From an uncultured Gemmatimonadaceae bacterium (lineage in GTDB: Bacteria > Gemmatimonadota > Gemmatimonadetes > Gemmatimonadales > Gemmatimonadaceae): 64,000 nucleotides of DNA. Each line of letters opens with the position of its first letter. The stretch's first letter is position 1. The stretch covers positions 1,792,001 to 1,856,000 of the forward strand of contig CAVXGK010000002.1 in NCBI GenBank assembly GCA_963761305.1. The letters run 5' to 3'. The notes under the pieces were generated by a model. It did no database searches, had not been told where the DNA came from, and saw only the letters and a list, made by a program, of their open reading frames with translations. Of this stretch, positions 11,159 to 21,495 are shown piece after piece. The translations under genes were made by a program, and so were the position numbers.

Positions 11159-12409
11159 GTGGCGTACAGCGTTCAGGAGGCGAGCGAGCGGATTCTCGCG
11201 GCGATTCGGCCGTTGGGAACCGAGCGCGTCCAACTGCACGACGCGCTCGGCCGCGTTCTCGCCGCCGACGCGCGGTCGACGATCGAGCATCCGCCGTGGG
11301 ACAACTCGTCGATGGACGGCTACGCGGTTCGTGCCGCCGACGTAGCCACGGCGACGGACGCGTCGCCCGTCGCGCTGCCGGTGAGCGAAACGGTGCGCGC
11401 CGGCCAGCGCCCCACGCGACCGTTGGCCACCGGGTGTGCGGTGCGCGTGATGACGGGCGCGCCGGTGCCCGACGGCACCGATACGGTGATTCGCGTCGAG
11501 GACACGGACGGCGGCGAGACGCGCGTCGTGATTCGCGACACGCGCGACGTGGGCCGCAACGTGCGACCGCGCGGCGAGGATCTGCAGGTCGGCAGCGTCG
11601 CCGTCGCCGGCGGCACGGTGATCGGCCCCGCGCAGCTCGGCGTGCTCGCGTCGATCGGCTGCGCGACGGTCGAGGTGCACCGCCGGCCGCGCCTGACGAT
11701 TCTGACGTCGGGCGACGAGCTGGTCGACGTCGACGAGTTCGATGCGGTGCGCCGAGGCGATCGTATCGTGTCGTCGAATGGGTACACCATCAGCGCTGCC
11801 GCCAAACTCGCTGGAGCAGACGTCGTCGATCTGGGCATCGTCCCCGACGATCCGGCGGTATACGCCGAGCGTCTTTCGCGCGCGCTCGATTCGGATCTGG
11901 TGATCACGACGGGCGGCGTATCGGTCGGCGCTTTCGACTTCACGAAAGACGTGATTCGCTCGCTCGGCGCGGATCTCCACCTCTGGCGCGTGCTGATGCG
12001 GCCCGGCGCGCCACTCGGCTTCGGCACGCTCAAAGGCGTGCCGTGGCTCGGACTGCCGGGGAATCCCGTGTCGGCGATGGTGACGTTCGAGATCTTCGCG
12101 CGCCCGGTGATTCGGCGACTGCGCGGCGAGCGCGACGTGTTCCCGCGCCCGATTCAGGTACGCGTGCGCGACGACGTGACGATCGCCGCGCCGCTCACGC
12201 ACTTCATGCGAGCCGTCGTCTCGTGGGACGACGGAACGCCCTGGGCGGCGCTGACCGGACCGCAGGGATCCGGTTTGCTCACGTCGATGTCGCTCGCCAA
12301 CGCGCTGCTCGTCGTGCCGCCGGACCGGCCGCTCGTACGCGCCGGCGAGACCGCGAACGCGATCCTGCTCGGCGACCGGGCCCTGTCGTCGGCATCACTC
12401 GCGCTGTGA
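11159..12409 (+). CDS. moeA: Molybdopterin molybdotransferase
   Basis: SSMDGYAV, MTGAPVP, SGDEL, ITTGGVSVG, LPGNPVS, QGSG. Confidence 0.97.
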   Translation: MAYSVQEASERILAAIRPLGTERVQLHDALGRVLAADARSTIEHPPWDNSSMDGYAVRAADVATATDASPVALPVSETVRAGQRPTRPLATGCAVRVMTGAPVPDGTDTVIRVEDTDGGETRVVIRDTRDVGRNVRPRGEDLQVGSVAVAGGTVIGPAQLGVLASIGCATVEVHRRPRLTILTSGDELVDVDEFDAVRRGDRIVSSNGYTISAAAKLAGADVVDLGIVPDDPAVYAERLSRALDSDLVITTGGVSVGAFDFTKDVIRSLGADLHLWRVLMRPGAPLGFGTLKGVPWLGLPGNPVSAMVTFEIFARPVIRRLRGERDVFPRPIQVRVRDDVTIAAPLTHFMRAVVSWDDGTPWAALTGPQGSGLLTSMSLANALLVVPPDRPLVRAGETANAILLGDRALSSASLAL

Positions 12410-13113
12410 GCGATCAGGTCGTGACGAAGTCGCCTGAGATCGACGCGCTCGAAGCGTCGCTCGAGCGTCGTTTTCGCGTCGCGGAGACTCGCGTCGGCAT
12501 CGCGATACGCACGCTCGTGATTCGGCACCCGGCGAACGCCGAGGATTTGATCAGCGAAGAAGATTTCGAGCGAGACGAGCGGTTGCCCTATTGGGCGGAC
12601 ATCTGGCCATCGGCGCGCGTGCTCGCGGCCCGTCTTCTCGGCGAAAACGGAGCGGGACGGTCGCTGATCGAGTTGGGGTGCGGCGCGGGGTTGGTTTCCG
12701 CGGCGGCGGCGATCGCCGGCTTCGACGTCGTCGCGTCGGACTACTACGAGGATGCGTTGCGATTCGCGCGCCTCAACGCGACGCGAAATGCGGGGCGGGA
12801 GATCGCGACACGGCTGCTCGATTGGCGATCACTGCCGAGTGAGTCGATCAGGTACGATGTCGTGGTCGCATCGGATGTGCTTTACGAACGACCGTATGGA
12901 CCGCTGGTCGCCGCCGCGCTCGAACGGCTCCTGGCGTCGAACGGATTCGCGCTGATCGCCGATCCGGGGCGCGTCGGCCGAGAGGATTTCCTTCGCTCGC
13001 TGGAGCCGCTCGGGCTCGCCTTCACTCGGCGCGACGACGTCGCGTACGAGGAGGGCTCGATTCGACAGACGATCGCTGTGATTCGGATCGAGCGGGCCGC
13101 GACGAAAGATTGA
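12406..13113 (+). CDS. Class I SAM-dependent methyltransferase, family-16 (protein lysine MTase-like)
   Basis: LPYWADIWPSA, LIELGCGAG, LDW, ASDVLYE, IADPGR; GTGA overlap with moeA. Confidence 0.88.
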   Translation: MSDQVVTKSPEIDALEASLERRFRVAETRVGIAIRTLVIRHPANAEDLISEEDFERDERLPYWADIWPSARVLAARLLGENGAGRSLIELGCGAGLVSAAAAIAGFDVVASDYYEDALRFARLNATRNAGREIATRLLDWRSLPSESIRYDVVVASDVLYERPYGPLVAAALERLLASNGFALIADPGRVGREDFLRSLEPLGLAFTRRDDVAYEEGSIRQTIAVIRIERAATKD

Positions 13114-13117
13114 GGCG

Positions 13118-15192
13118 CTAGACCGACGCGAGCCGCTCGGCGACCACCTCGGCGATGTCGACGACCGGCACGCTCGAATTGGCCGCCTTCACGCCGTCGC
13201 TCATCATCGTCATGCAGAACGGGCATGCAACGGCGATGCGGTCGGGCTCCAGCGCCAACAATTCCTCGGTGCGCTCGACGTTGATGCGTTTCCCCGTCCG
13301 CTCTTCCATGAACATCCGCCCGCCGCCCGCGCCGCAGCAGAGTCCACGGTCGCGCGTGCGCTTCGGCTCCACCAAGTCGACGACCGGCAACGCACGCCGA
13401 ATCGTCTCGCGCGGCGCGTCGTAGATGTCGTTGTAACGGCCCAGATAACACGAGTCGTGATACGCGACCGTGAGTCGCCGGCCATTCTCCGACTCGAGCG
13501 GCACGCGATGCTCGGCCAACAACCGCTCGATGTACGTCGAGTGGTGGATGACCTCGTAGTTGCCGCCCAACTGCGGAAACTCGTTGCCGATTTGATGGAA
13601 GCAGTGCGGGCAGCTCGTCACGATCGTCCGCACCCGATAGCGGTCCAGCGTTTCGATCGTGTCCTTGGCCAGCATCTGATAGAGGTACTCGTTGCCCATG
13701 CGGCGCGCTGGGTCGCCGTGGCAATGCTCTTCCTGGCCGAGGATCGCGAAGCTGATCTTGCACGCGTCGAGGATTTTCGCGAACGCGACGGTGATCTTCT
13801 TCGCCCGGTCGTCGAACGATCCCATGCAGCCGACCCAGAACAACACGTCCGGCCGCTCGCCTCGCTCGTGCATCTCGGCCATCGTGCGAACGTTCAGCCC
13901 GTTCGCCCAGTCGGCGCGATCGGCCGGATTGAACGCCCACGGCGAGCCGTTGCGCTCGAGCGACTCGAACGCCGGCTGAATCTCCTCAGGGAAGCGTGAC
14001 TCCGACAGCACGAGATTGCGACGCAGCTCGTTGATGATCTCGAGTTGGTCGATCGAGACCGGGCACTCGGTCACGCATGCGCGACAACTCGTGCACGCCC
14101 AGAGCTCGTCTTCCGTGATGTAGCCGTCGAGGAGCCGATGCTCGCTCGCCGTTCCGGCCTCCGCCGACGCGACCGCCGCGGTCTCGTGCGCCAACGCGGG
14201 TCCCTTGAACGCCATCCAGTCGCCCGTCACGACCGGCGCCTTCTCCATCAATCGCTGGCGCGTGTTGATGACGATCTTGCGCGGGCTGAGCGGCTTGCCG
14301 GTGATGTTCGCCGGACAGGCTGCGGTGCAACGGCCGCATTCGGTGCACGAATAGCCGTCGAGAAGATTCTTCCACGACAGCTGCTCGACGTCGGCCGCGC
14401 CGAACTGCGCGTTCTCGGCTTCGAGATCCATCGGCTTCATCGCGCCGCGCGTGCCCGGTCCGCTCGTATTCGACAGGTACACGTTGATGAGCGACGTCAC
14501 CACGTGCAGATGCTTCGAGTACGGCAGGTAGTTCAGGAACGTGAGAACCAACACCACGTGCGCCCACCAGAATCCACGAGCCCACGTCTCCGGCTGATGC
14601 ACCGACGGCGCGAGGAATCCGGCCAGCGCGCGCGACACGACCTTCTCCGGCCCGATCGTACCGCTCTCGGCGAGATACGTGCACGCGTTGGCGATCAGCA
14701 GCGTGACCATCAGACCACCGATCAGGCCCAGGATGATCAGCGCGTCGGCGTGCTCGAGGTGATCGCCCTCGAGACGCTTGGGATGCAGGACCAGCCGTCT
14801 ATAGAACGCGAATGCCACGGCGGCGATGACCAGCGCCGCGAACGAGTCCTGCGAGAACGAGTAGAGCAGGTAGACCGGCTTGGGCAGCACGAGCGCGAAC
14901 GAGAATCCGCTGAACACGCCCTGCATCATGATCTCGACGGTGCCCGCCGTGAGGACGACGAAGCCCCAGAAGATCGTCGCGTGCATGAGCCCCGCCGGCT
15001 CCTCGCGGAAGATCTTGCTCTGTGCGATGCCGATCGAGATGAGATTCCGGATTCGCGTGCGCGGATCGTTGGTGCGATTCTCCGGAAGCCCGAGGCGCGC
15101 GTAGCGTACGAGACGCTGCACGTTGAGCGCGAACAAGCCCGCGCTCGCGGTGAACAACGCGAGGAAGATCGCGATCGACGTGGGGGCGGACA

Positions 15193-15193
<1 letters not shown>
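13118..15193 (-). CDS. Membrane-bound FeS oxidoreductase (FadF/EtfD/HdrD-like, probable ETF:quinone oxidoreductase)
   Basis: N-terminal TM helices with His residues; CTECGRCTAACP and CTSCRACVTECP 4Fe-4S motifs; two CCG domains; follows etfA. Confidence 0.9.
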
Positions 15194-16182
<989 letters not shown>

Positions 16183-16185
16183 GGC

Positions 16186-16938
16186 TCAGAGCACCTTCGC
16201 TTCGGTGTGGAGGAGACGCACGAGCTCGGGAACCGCGGCCACGCCTTCGCCGATGATTCGCCCCGGCGGACGATCGGGCGGAAGCTCCATCGACTTCACC
16301 AGCACGCGCGCCTGTCCGAGCTGCGCCGGTTTCGTCTCGAGCGACTTCTTCTTGGCCGCCATGATGTTCTTGAGCGACGGATAGCGCGGTCGCGCGATGC
16401 CTTCGTCGATCGTGATCGCCGCGGGCAACGAGAACTCGACGATCTCGCCGACACCCTCGAGCTCGCGCCTCGCCGTGCCTTTCCCGCTCGCGATGTCGAG
16501 CTTCGACGCCGCCGTCACGCACGCGATGCCAAGCAATTCCGCCGTCGCCGTGCCGACGACGCCGCCGGACGTGTCGAAGGCGTGCTTGCCGAACAGCACG
16601 AGATCGAACCCGCCGCCCTTGAGCTCCGCCGCGAGCGCTTTGGCGATCGCGAGACCGTCATATGGAACGGCGTCCGTCTTCAGTTGCACGGCGCGGTCGG
16701 CGCCCATGCTCATCGCCTTGCGCAGCGTTTCCTGCACAGAGTCCGGACCCACCGCGTAGACGACCGTCTCGCCGGGCCCCTGTTTTTCGTTGAGTTGCAG
16801 CGCGACCTCGACCGCGTAGCTCGCGAAATCGTCGATGTCGAACTTGAGCCCCGTCTCGTCGATCGACGCGCCGGAGCTTCCGATCCTGAATCGCGACTCC
16901 GAGTCCGGAGTTCGCTTGATGCAGACGGCGATTTTCAC
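16186..16938 (-). CDS. etfB: Electron transfer flavoprotein beta subunit
   Basis: GTG start (VKIAVCIKRTPD), AMSMGADRA, RYPSLKNIMAAKKK. Confidence 0.96.
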   Translation of the reverse strand: MKIAVCIKRTPDSESRFRIGSSGASIDETGLKFDIDDFASYAVEVALQLNEKQGPGETVVYAVGPDSVQETLRKAMSMGADRAVQLKTDAVPYDGLAIAKALAAELKGGGFDLVLFGKHAFDTSGGVVGTATAELLGIACVTAASKLDIASGKGTARRELEGVGEIVEFSLPAAITIDEGIARPRYPSLKNIMAAKKKSLETKPAQLGQARVLVKSMELPPDRPPGRIIGEGVAAVPELVRLLHTEAKVL

Positions 16939-16969
16939 CGTCGATCCTCGCTGATGAGTTGGGGGGATC

Positions 16970-18142
16970 CTACTTGAACGCGTTGAGACCGGTGATCGCC
17001 TGTCCCAACACGAGCGAGTGCACGTCGTGCGTGCCCTCGTACGTGTAGACGCTCTCGAGATTCTCCATGTGCCGCATGGCCGAATACTCGGCGAGAATCC
17101 CGTTCGCGCCGAGCAGGCGCCGCGCTTCACGCGCGATGTCGGCGGCCATCGACACATTGTTGCGTTTGGCGAGCGACACTTGCTGCGGCGTGAACGTGCC
17201 CGCGTCTTTCATTCGGCCGAGGTGCAGCGACACGAGCTGGCCTTTCACGATCTCCGTGAGCATGTCGGCCAGCCGCTCCTGCTGAATCTGGAACCCGCCG
17301 ATCGGCCGATCGAACATCACGCGCGTCTTCGAATACGAGACCGCTTCCTCGAAGCACGCCATCGCCGCGCCGACGGCGCCCCACGAGATGCCGTATCGCG
17401 CCTGCGTGAGGCACATCAGCGGACTCTTGAGGCCGCCCGATTTCGGAAGAATCGCATCCGCCGGAAGACTGACGTCCTGGAATACAAGTTCGCTCGTGTC
17501 GCTGGCGCGCAGCGAGAGCTTGCCCTTCTGGTCCTTCGCCGTGAAACCCTTCGTGCCTGCCGGCACGATGAACCCGCGAATCGACGAGTCGGTCGAATCG
17601 CCGTTCGTCTTGGCCCACACGACGGCGATCTGTGCCGTCGAACCGTTCGTGATCCACATCTTGGCGCCGTTCAGCACCCACGTCCCGTCGCTCTGCTGGC
17701 GGGCCATCGTGATCATGCCGGACGGATTCGACCCGAAGTCCGGTTCCGTGAGGCCGAAGCACCCGATGATGTCGCCGGATGCCATCTTCGGCAGATACTG
17801 CTTGCGCTGCTCTTCGCTGCCAAACGCGTAGATGGGATACATCGCCAGGGCGCCCTGCACTGACGCGAACGACCGCACGCCCGAATCGCCACGCTCGAGC
17901 TCCTGCATGATCAGCCCATACGCGACGTTGTTCAGCCCCGCGCAGCCGTATTCCTCCGGCAGATTCGCCCCCAGCACGCCGAGCTCGGCCATCTTGGGAA
18001 CGATCTCGCGCGGGAAGCGACCGTCGACGTAGCACTTGCCGATGATGGGGAGCACGTGCTCGTCGACGAACGCGCGCACACTGGCCCGCACTGCACGCTC
18101 CTCCTCGGAGAGGAGCGAATCGATGTTGAAGAAATCGAGCAT
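16970..18142 (-). CDS. Acyl-CoA dehydrogenase (glutaryl-CoA dehydrogenase-like)
   Basis: ELERGDSG, CFGLTEPDFGSNP, LNGAKMWITNG, YTYEGTHDVH. Confidence 0.93.
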   Translation of the reverse strand: MLDFFNIDSLLSEEERAVRASVRAFVDEHVLPIIGKCYVDGRFPREIVPKMAELGVLGANLPEEYGCAGLNNVAYGLIMQELERGDSGVRSFASVQGALAMYPIYAFGSEEQRKQYLPKMASGDIIGCFGLTEPDFGSNPSGMITMARQQSDGTWVLNGAKMWITNGSTAQIAVVWAKTNGDSTDSSIRGFIVPAGTKGFTAKDQKGKLSLRASDTSELVFQDVSLPADAILPKSGGLKSPLMCLTQARYGISWGAVGAAMACFEEAVSYSKTRVMFDRPIGGFQIQQERLADMLTEIVKGQLVSLHLGRMKDAGTFTPQQVSLAKRNNVSMAADIAREARRLLGANGILAEYSAMRHMENLESVYTYEGTHDVHSLVLGQAITGLNAFK

Positions 18143-18151
18143 CCCGGGAAT

Positions 18152-18931
18152 TTACGACGATCGGTGCGCCACGGCCCGTTTTGCCGCCGCATCGATGCCC
18201 ACATCCCGCGCCTTGGCTCGGAACCGAGGCCCATGGTCGATCGGCAGTCCGTTCTCGTCCTGCCACTGGTGCACCATCTCGTGCATCAGCGTGTGGACGA
18301 CCTCGTCCCACCGATGACGCCGCGCGTGCCGCCAACTGATCGCGATTTCCCCGACCGCCTTCGCCGTTTGCCGTTCCGGTCCAGCGGTCGACCGGTCCCC
18401 CGGTCCACCTGCCGGCCGGTCCACCGGTCCACCCGCCGAATAGTGCCCCAGCCGGCTCTTCATCCGGCGTGACACTCGAATCGGAACCGCCCGCAGCGTG
18501 CCGCCGAAGTACTCGTCGTTCAGCCGGGCATGCCACTCGGCGAGCTTGTGCGCGAGCGGCTCGTCCTCGGGGCGCGTGCGCTCGCGGCGGCCGCTGTCGC
18601 GCCACGCCGAGCCCGAGTGCGCCACGATGCGTTTGCTCGCCGCTCGGCGTTCGGCGCGCGAGCGGCTCTCGACGAACGCGACGATCGCTTCGTGCACGTC
18701 GAGGGGCGCGTCGAGGTAGCCTTCGTGGACGCGAAGCTCGTCGCCGCGCCAACTCACCATCACGTTGGCGTTGCGAGTCAGCCGGCATCGCACGATCCGC
18801 TTGAGTCCCAGCGAGCGGAGCCTCGCGAGCAGGTCGTCGGCGGTGCGGAGCTGCCCGGCCTCGAGATCGAACGTGAGCTGCGCCGGATCGCGGCGTCCGC
18901 CCGCCAGCAACGATCTCAGCGCGCGAAACAT
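18152..18931 (-). CDS. SprT-like zinc metalloprotease domain protein
   Basis: LNDEYFGG, SRRMKSRLGHY, TLMHEMVHQW, HGPRF; carries a repeat-derived in-frame insertion. Confidence 0.9.
   Translation of the reverse strand: MFRALRSLLAGGRRDPAQLTFDLEAGQLRTADDLLARLRSLGLKRIVRCRLTRNANVMVSWRGDELRVHEGYLDAPLDVHEAIVAFVESRSRAERRAASKRIVAHSGSAWRDSGRRERTRPEDEPLAHKLAEWHARLNDEYFGGTLRAVPIRVSRRMKSRLGHYSAGGPVDRPAGGPGDRSTAGPERQTAKAVGEIAISWRHARRHRWDEVVHTLMHEMVHQWQDENGLPIDHGPRFRAKARDVGIDAAAKRAVAHRSS
18363..18434 (-). repeat. GGTGGACC-family repeat, copy A (inside the SprT-like CDS)
   Basis: Minus strand ggtggaccggtggaccggccggcaggtggaccgggggaccggtcgaccgctggaccggaacggcaaacggc. Confidence 0.85.
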
Positions 18932-19743
18932 TGGTCCGGTCCGGTGGAGAACGCGCGCGTTTGGCTCGACCACACGAGCGTCGTCACGCCGATCTCGCCG
19001 TCGCTGATGCGGATGCTGTTCACCGACGACGGCCGGCCGCCGCGCGACCGGTCGCTGATCGTGCCCGAGATCGAGACGACGGTGCCGCGCGGCGTGTCCT
19101 CGACGTAGTGCACCGCCTCCTGATGATCGTGGCCGCAGAGCACCAGGTTCACTTTCATCTCGCTGAACGCGCTGAGCAGCTGCTGCGTGTTCTTGAGTCC
19201 GTATCGCTGCGACAGCTGCCCCTTCACCGGGTTGTGATGCATCACGACGATGCGCGCGTCGCCCGACGGCGACCGCTCGAACTCCGCGCGCGCGTGCTCG
19301 ACCTGCGAGTGCGTCACGTGTCCGATGATCGACAGGTCGCGCATGTTCCAGGTGAGCGTCTGCATGGTGATGCCGTGCGACGTGTTGAGCCCCACGAACG
19401 TGGCGCCGGGCACGCGCAGCACCGGCTCGAGATTCGCCTCGACGTACATCCGGTATTTCGAGTAGAGGCGTCCGGGGTCGCCGATCCCGAGCGGCGCGAA
19501 CCACCAGGCCACGTCGTGGTTTCCGGGCACGACGATGGTTTGACTCACGCGCTGCGCTTGCCGAATGAACTCGCGCGCCCGCTGAAACTCGCCGGCGCGC
19601 GCCCGCTGTGACACGTCGCCCGAGATCGCGACGACGTCGTAGTGCCGGTCCTGGATCAGCGCTTCGATCGCCTCGTATTGCTCCGGCACCGCCGGGTGGC
19701 CGAAGTGCAGATCCGAACAGTGGAGGACGGTCAGCGCGCTCAC
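18916..19743 (-). CDS. Calcineurin-like metallophosphoesterase
   Basis: SDLHFG, SGD, PGNHD, HHNP, GHDH; GTG start overlaps the upstream stop. Confidence 0.92.
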   Translation of the reverse strand: MSALTVLHCSDLHFGHPAVPEQYEAIEALIQDRHYDVVAISGDVSQRARAGEFQRAREFIRQAQRVSQTIVVPGNHDVAWWFAPLGIGDPGRLYSKYRMYVEANLEPVLRVPGATFVGLNTSHGITMQTLTWNMRDLSIIGHVTHSQVEHARAEFERSPSGDARIVVMHHNPVKGQLSQRYGLKNTQQLLSAFSEMKVNLVLCGHDHQEAVHYVEDTPRGTVVSISGTISDRSRGGRPSSVNSIRISDGEIGVTTLVWSSQTRAFSTGPDQCFAR

Positions 19744-20753
19744 AGCTTGGCGATCACGGCCTCGGTGAATTGGTCGGTCGACGCGGAGCCGCCGAGGTCG
19801 CGCGTCACGGTGTTGCCCTCGCGAATCGTTCCCTCGAGCGCGCCGCGGATGCGCGACGCACGGCTGTCGTCGCCGATGTGCTCGAGCAGCATGCACGCGG
19901 CCAGGATCAGCGCCGACGGATTGGCGATGCCCTTTCCCGCGATGTCCGGCGCCGTCCCGTGTACGGCCTCGAAGATCGCGCCGTTGGCCCCGATGTTCGC
20001 GCCCGGCGTGAGCCCCAGACCACCGACCAGACCCGAGATCTCGTCCGAGAGAATGTCGCCGAACAGGTTTGTCGTGCAGATCACGTCGAACCGTTCCGGG
20101 TGCAGCACGAGGTTCATCGCCATCGCGTCGACGATGCGCTCGTCGAACTCGATCCGCCCCGCGTAGTCGCGCGCGACCATCCGTCCGGTGTCGAGAAAGA
20201 GACCCTGTGAGAATTTCAGAATGTTCGCCTTGTGGACGAGCGTGACCTTCTTGCGCCCGTACCGCACGGCGTAGTCGAACGCGTACCGCACGATTCGCTC
20301 CGACCCCGCGCGCGTGATGATCGCGACCGACTCGGCCGCGGCGCGCGGATCGTCGCCGACCTTGATGTAGTGCTCGACGCCGACGTAGAGCCCTTCGGTG
20401 TTCTCGCGAATCAATACCAGATCCAGGTTGCCGTACCGGCCGCCCGGCGCGATCGAGTGCGCGGGGCGCACGTTCGCGTAGAGATCGAACGTCTTTCGCA
20501 GCGCGACGTTGATCGAGCGAAAGCCTTCGCCGACCGGCGTCTCGAGCGGACCTTTGAGCGCCAGCTTCGTGCGCTTGATCGAGTCGAGCGTCGCGTCGGG
20601 AATCGGGTCGCCGAACAGCGCGACCCCCGCCATCCCCGCGACTTGCGGATCCCATTCGATGTCCGCGCCGGCTGCCGCGAGAATCTTGACGGTCGCGTTG
20701 CTGATCGACGGCCCGATTCCGTCGCCGGGAATCAGCGTGACTTGTCTGGTCAC
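19740..20753 (-). CDS. Isocitrate/isopropylmalate dehydrogenase family (NAD-IDH-like)
   Basis: LIPGDGIGP, SINVALRK, RENTEGLY, HKANILK, NLFGDILSD, FEAVHGTAPDIAG. Confidence 0.93.
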   Translation of the reverse strand: MTRQVTLIPGDGIGPSISNATVKILAAAGADIEWDPQVAGMAGVALFGDPIPDATLDSIKRTKLALKGPLETPVGEGFRSINVALRKTFDLYANVRPAHSIAPGGRYGNLDLVLIRENTEGLYVGVEHYIKVGDDPRAAAESVAIITRAGSERIVRYAFDYAVRYGRKKVTLVHKANILKFSQGLFLDTGRMVARDYAGRIEFDERIVDAMAMNLVLHPERFDVICTTNLFGDILSDEISGLVGGLGLTPGANIGANGAIFEAVHGTAPDIAGKGIANPSALILAACMLLEHIGDDSRASRIRGALEGTIREGNTVTRDLGGSASTDQFTEAVIAKL

Positions 20754-20760
20754 GACGATC

Positions 20761-21402
20761 TCACGGCGCGATGACGCTGCTGAGCTTGGCGGCGATGCTC
20801 GCCGTGATGGCGGGACCAAACTCCGAAACGGGATCGCTCGACACGTCGCCCACCCATCGCACCTGCACCAGTCGCGCGTCGATCAGCACCAGCCGCAACA
20901 CGCCGCGACCCATGCCCGGTCCCGCCGCCTCGAGCTTGAGCTCCACCGGCGCGAGCACCATGCGCGTGTCCTCGTGCAGCGCGACGATCGTGCGCAACTG
21001 CGACGCGATCGGCTCGGGGAGCTGTTGGTCGCCGCCGAGCGACGGCGATCGCAAGGGCTCTTCGGCCAGTGCGTGCGGGTCCGTCGCGTAGGTCGGGTTG
21101 CGGCGATACGCACTGTCCAAACCCGACGGCATCGTCCAACCGCGAATGTTGTGTTCCTCGAACGACGCGGCGATGTCGGCGTCCTGCATTCGCGCCACCT
21201 CGTTCAATCGCGGCACCGTCCAGCCGAGCCCCGGAACGACTCGAACCATATAGGTCGGGAGGACCACCACGTGTTGAGCGGCGAGGCCGGACAAGGCGTG
21301 TTCCGGGGGCTGGGACGGCGCCGGCTTCGAGCTTTTGCACGCCCCCAGAAAGGGCGCGACGGAAAGCAGCGCGAATGCGTAGAAAACCCGGGGGGACGAC
21401 AT
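20761..21402 (-). CDS. Hypothetical lipoprotein
   Basis: MSSPRVFYAFALLSVAPFLGAC with LGAC lipobox. Confidence 0.75.
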   Translation of the reverse strand: MSSPRVFYAFALLSVAPFLGACKSSKPAPSQPPEHALSGLAAQHVVVLPTYMVRVVPGLGWTVPRLNEVARMQDADIAASFEEHNIRGWTMPSGLDSAYRRNPTYATDPHALAEEPLRSPSLGGDQQLPEPIASQLRTIVALHEDTRMVLAPVELKLEAAGPGMGRGVLRLVLIDARLVQVRWVGDVSSDPVSEFGPAITASIAAKLSSVIAP

Positions 21403-21495
21403 GCCGGGGAACTTAAACGGATCAACCCTTGTTGTCCCTTCTTTCGCAGCGCAATTTGGCTCCGGTCGTCCCTCAAAATCAGGAGCACTCGACAC

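Noticed and set aside
20509..21495. Apparent long N-terminal extensions in the ORF track (cstA 1017 aa; also DPP-IV 990 aa, DDAH 703 aa, MTase 605 aa)
   Set aside because: They overlap other genuine genes. RBSs or coupled starts indicate the shorter proteins.
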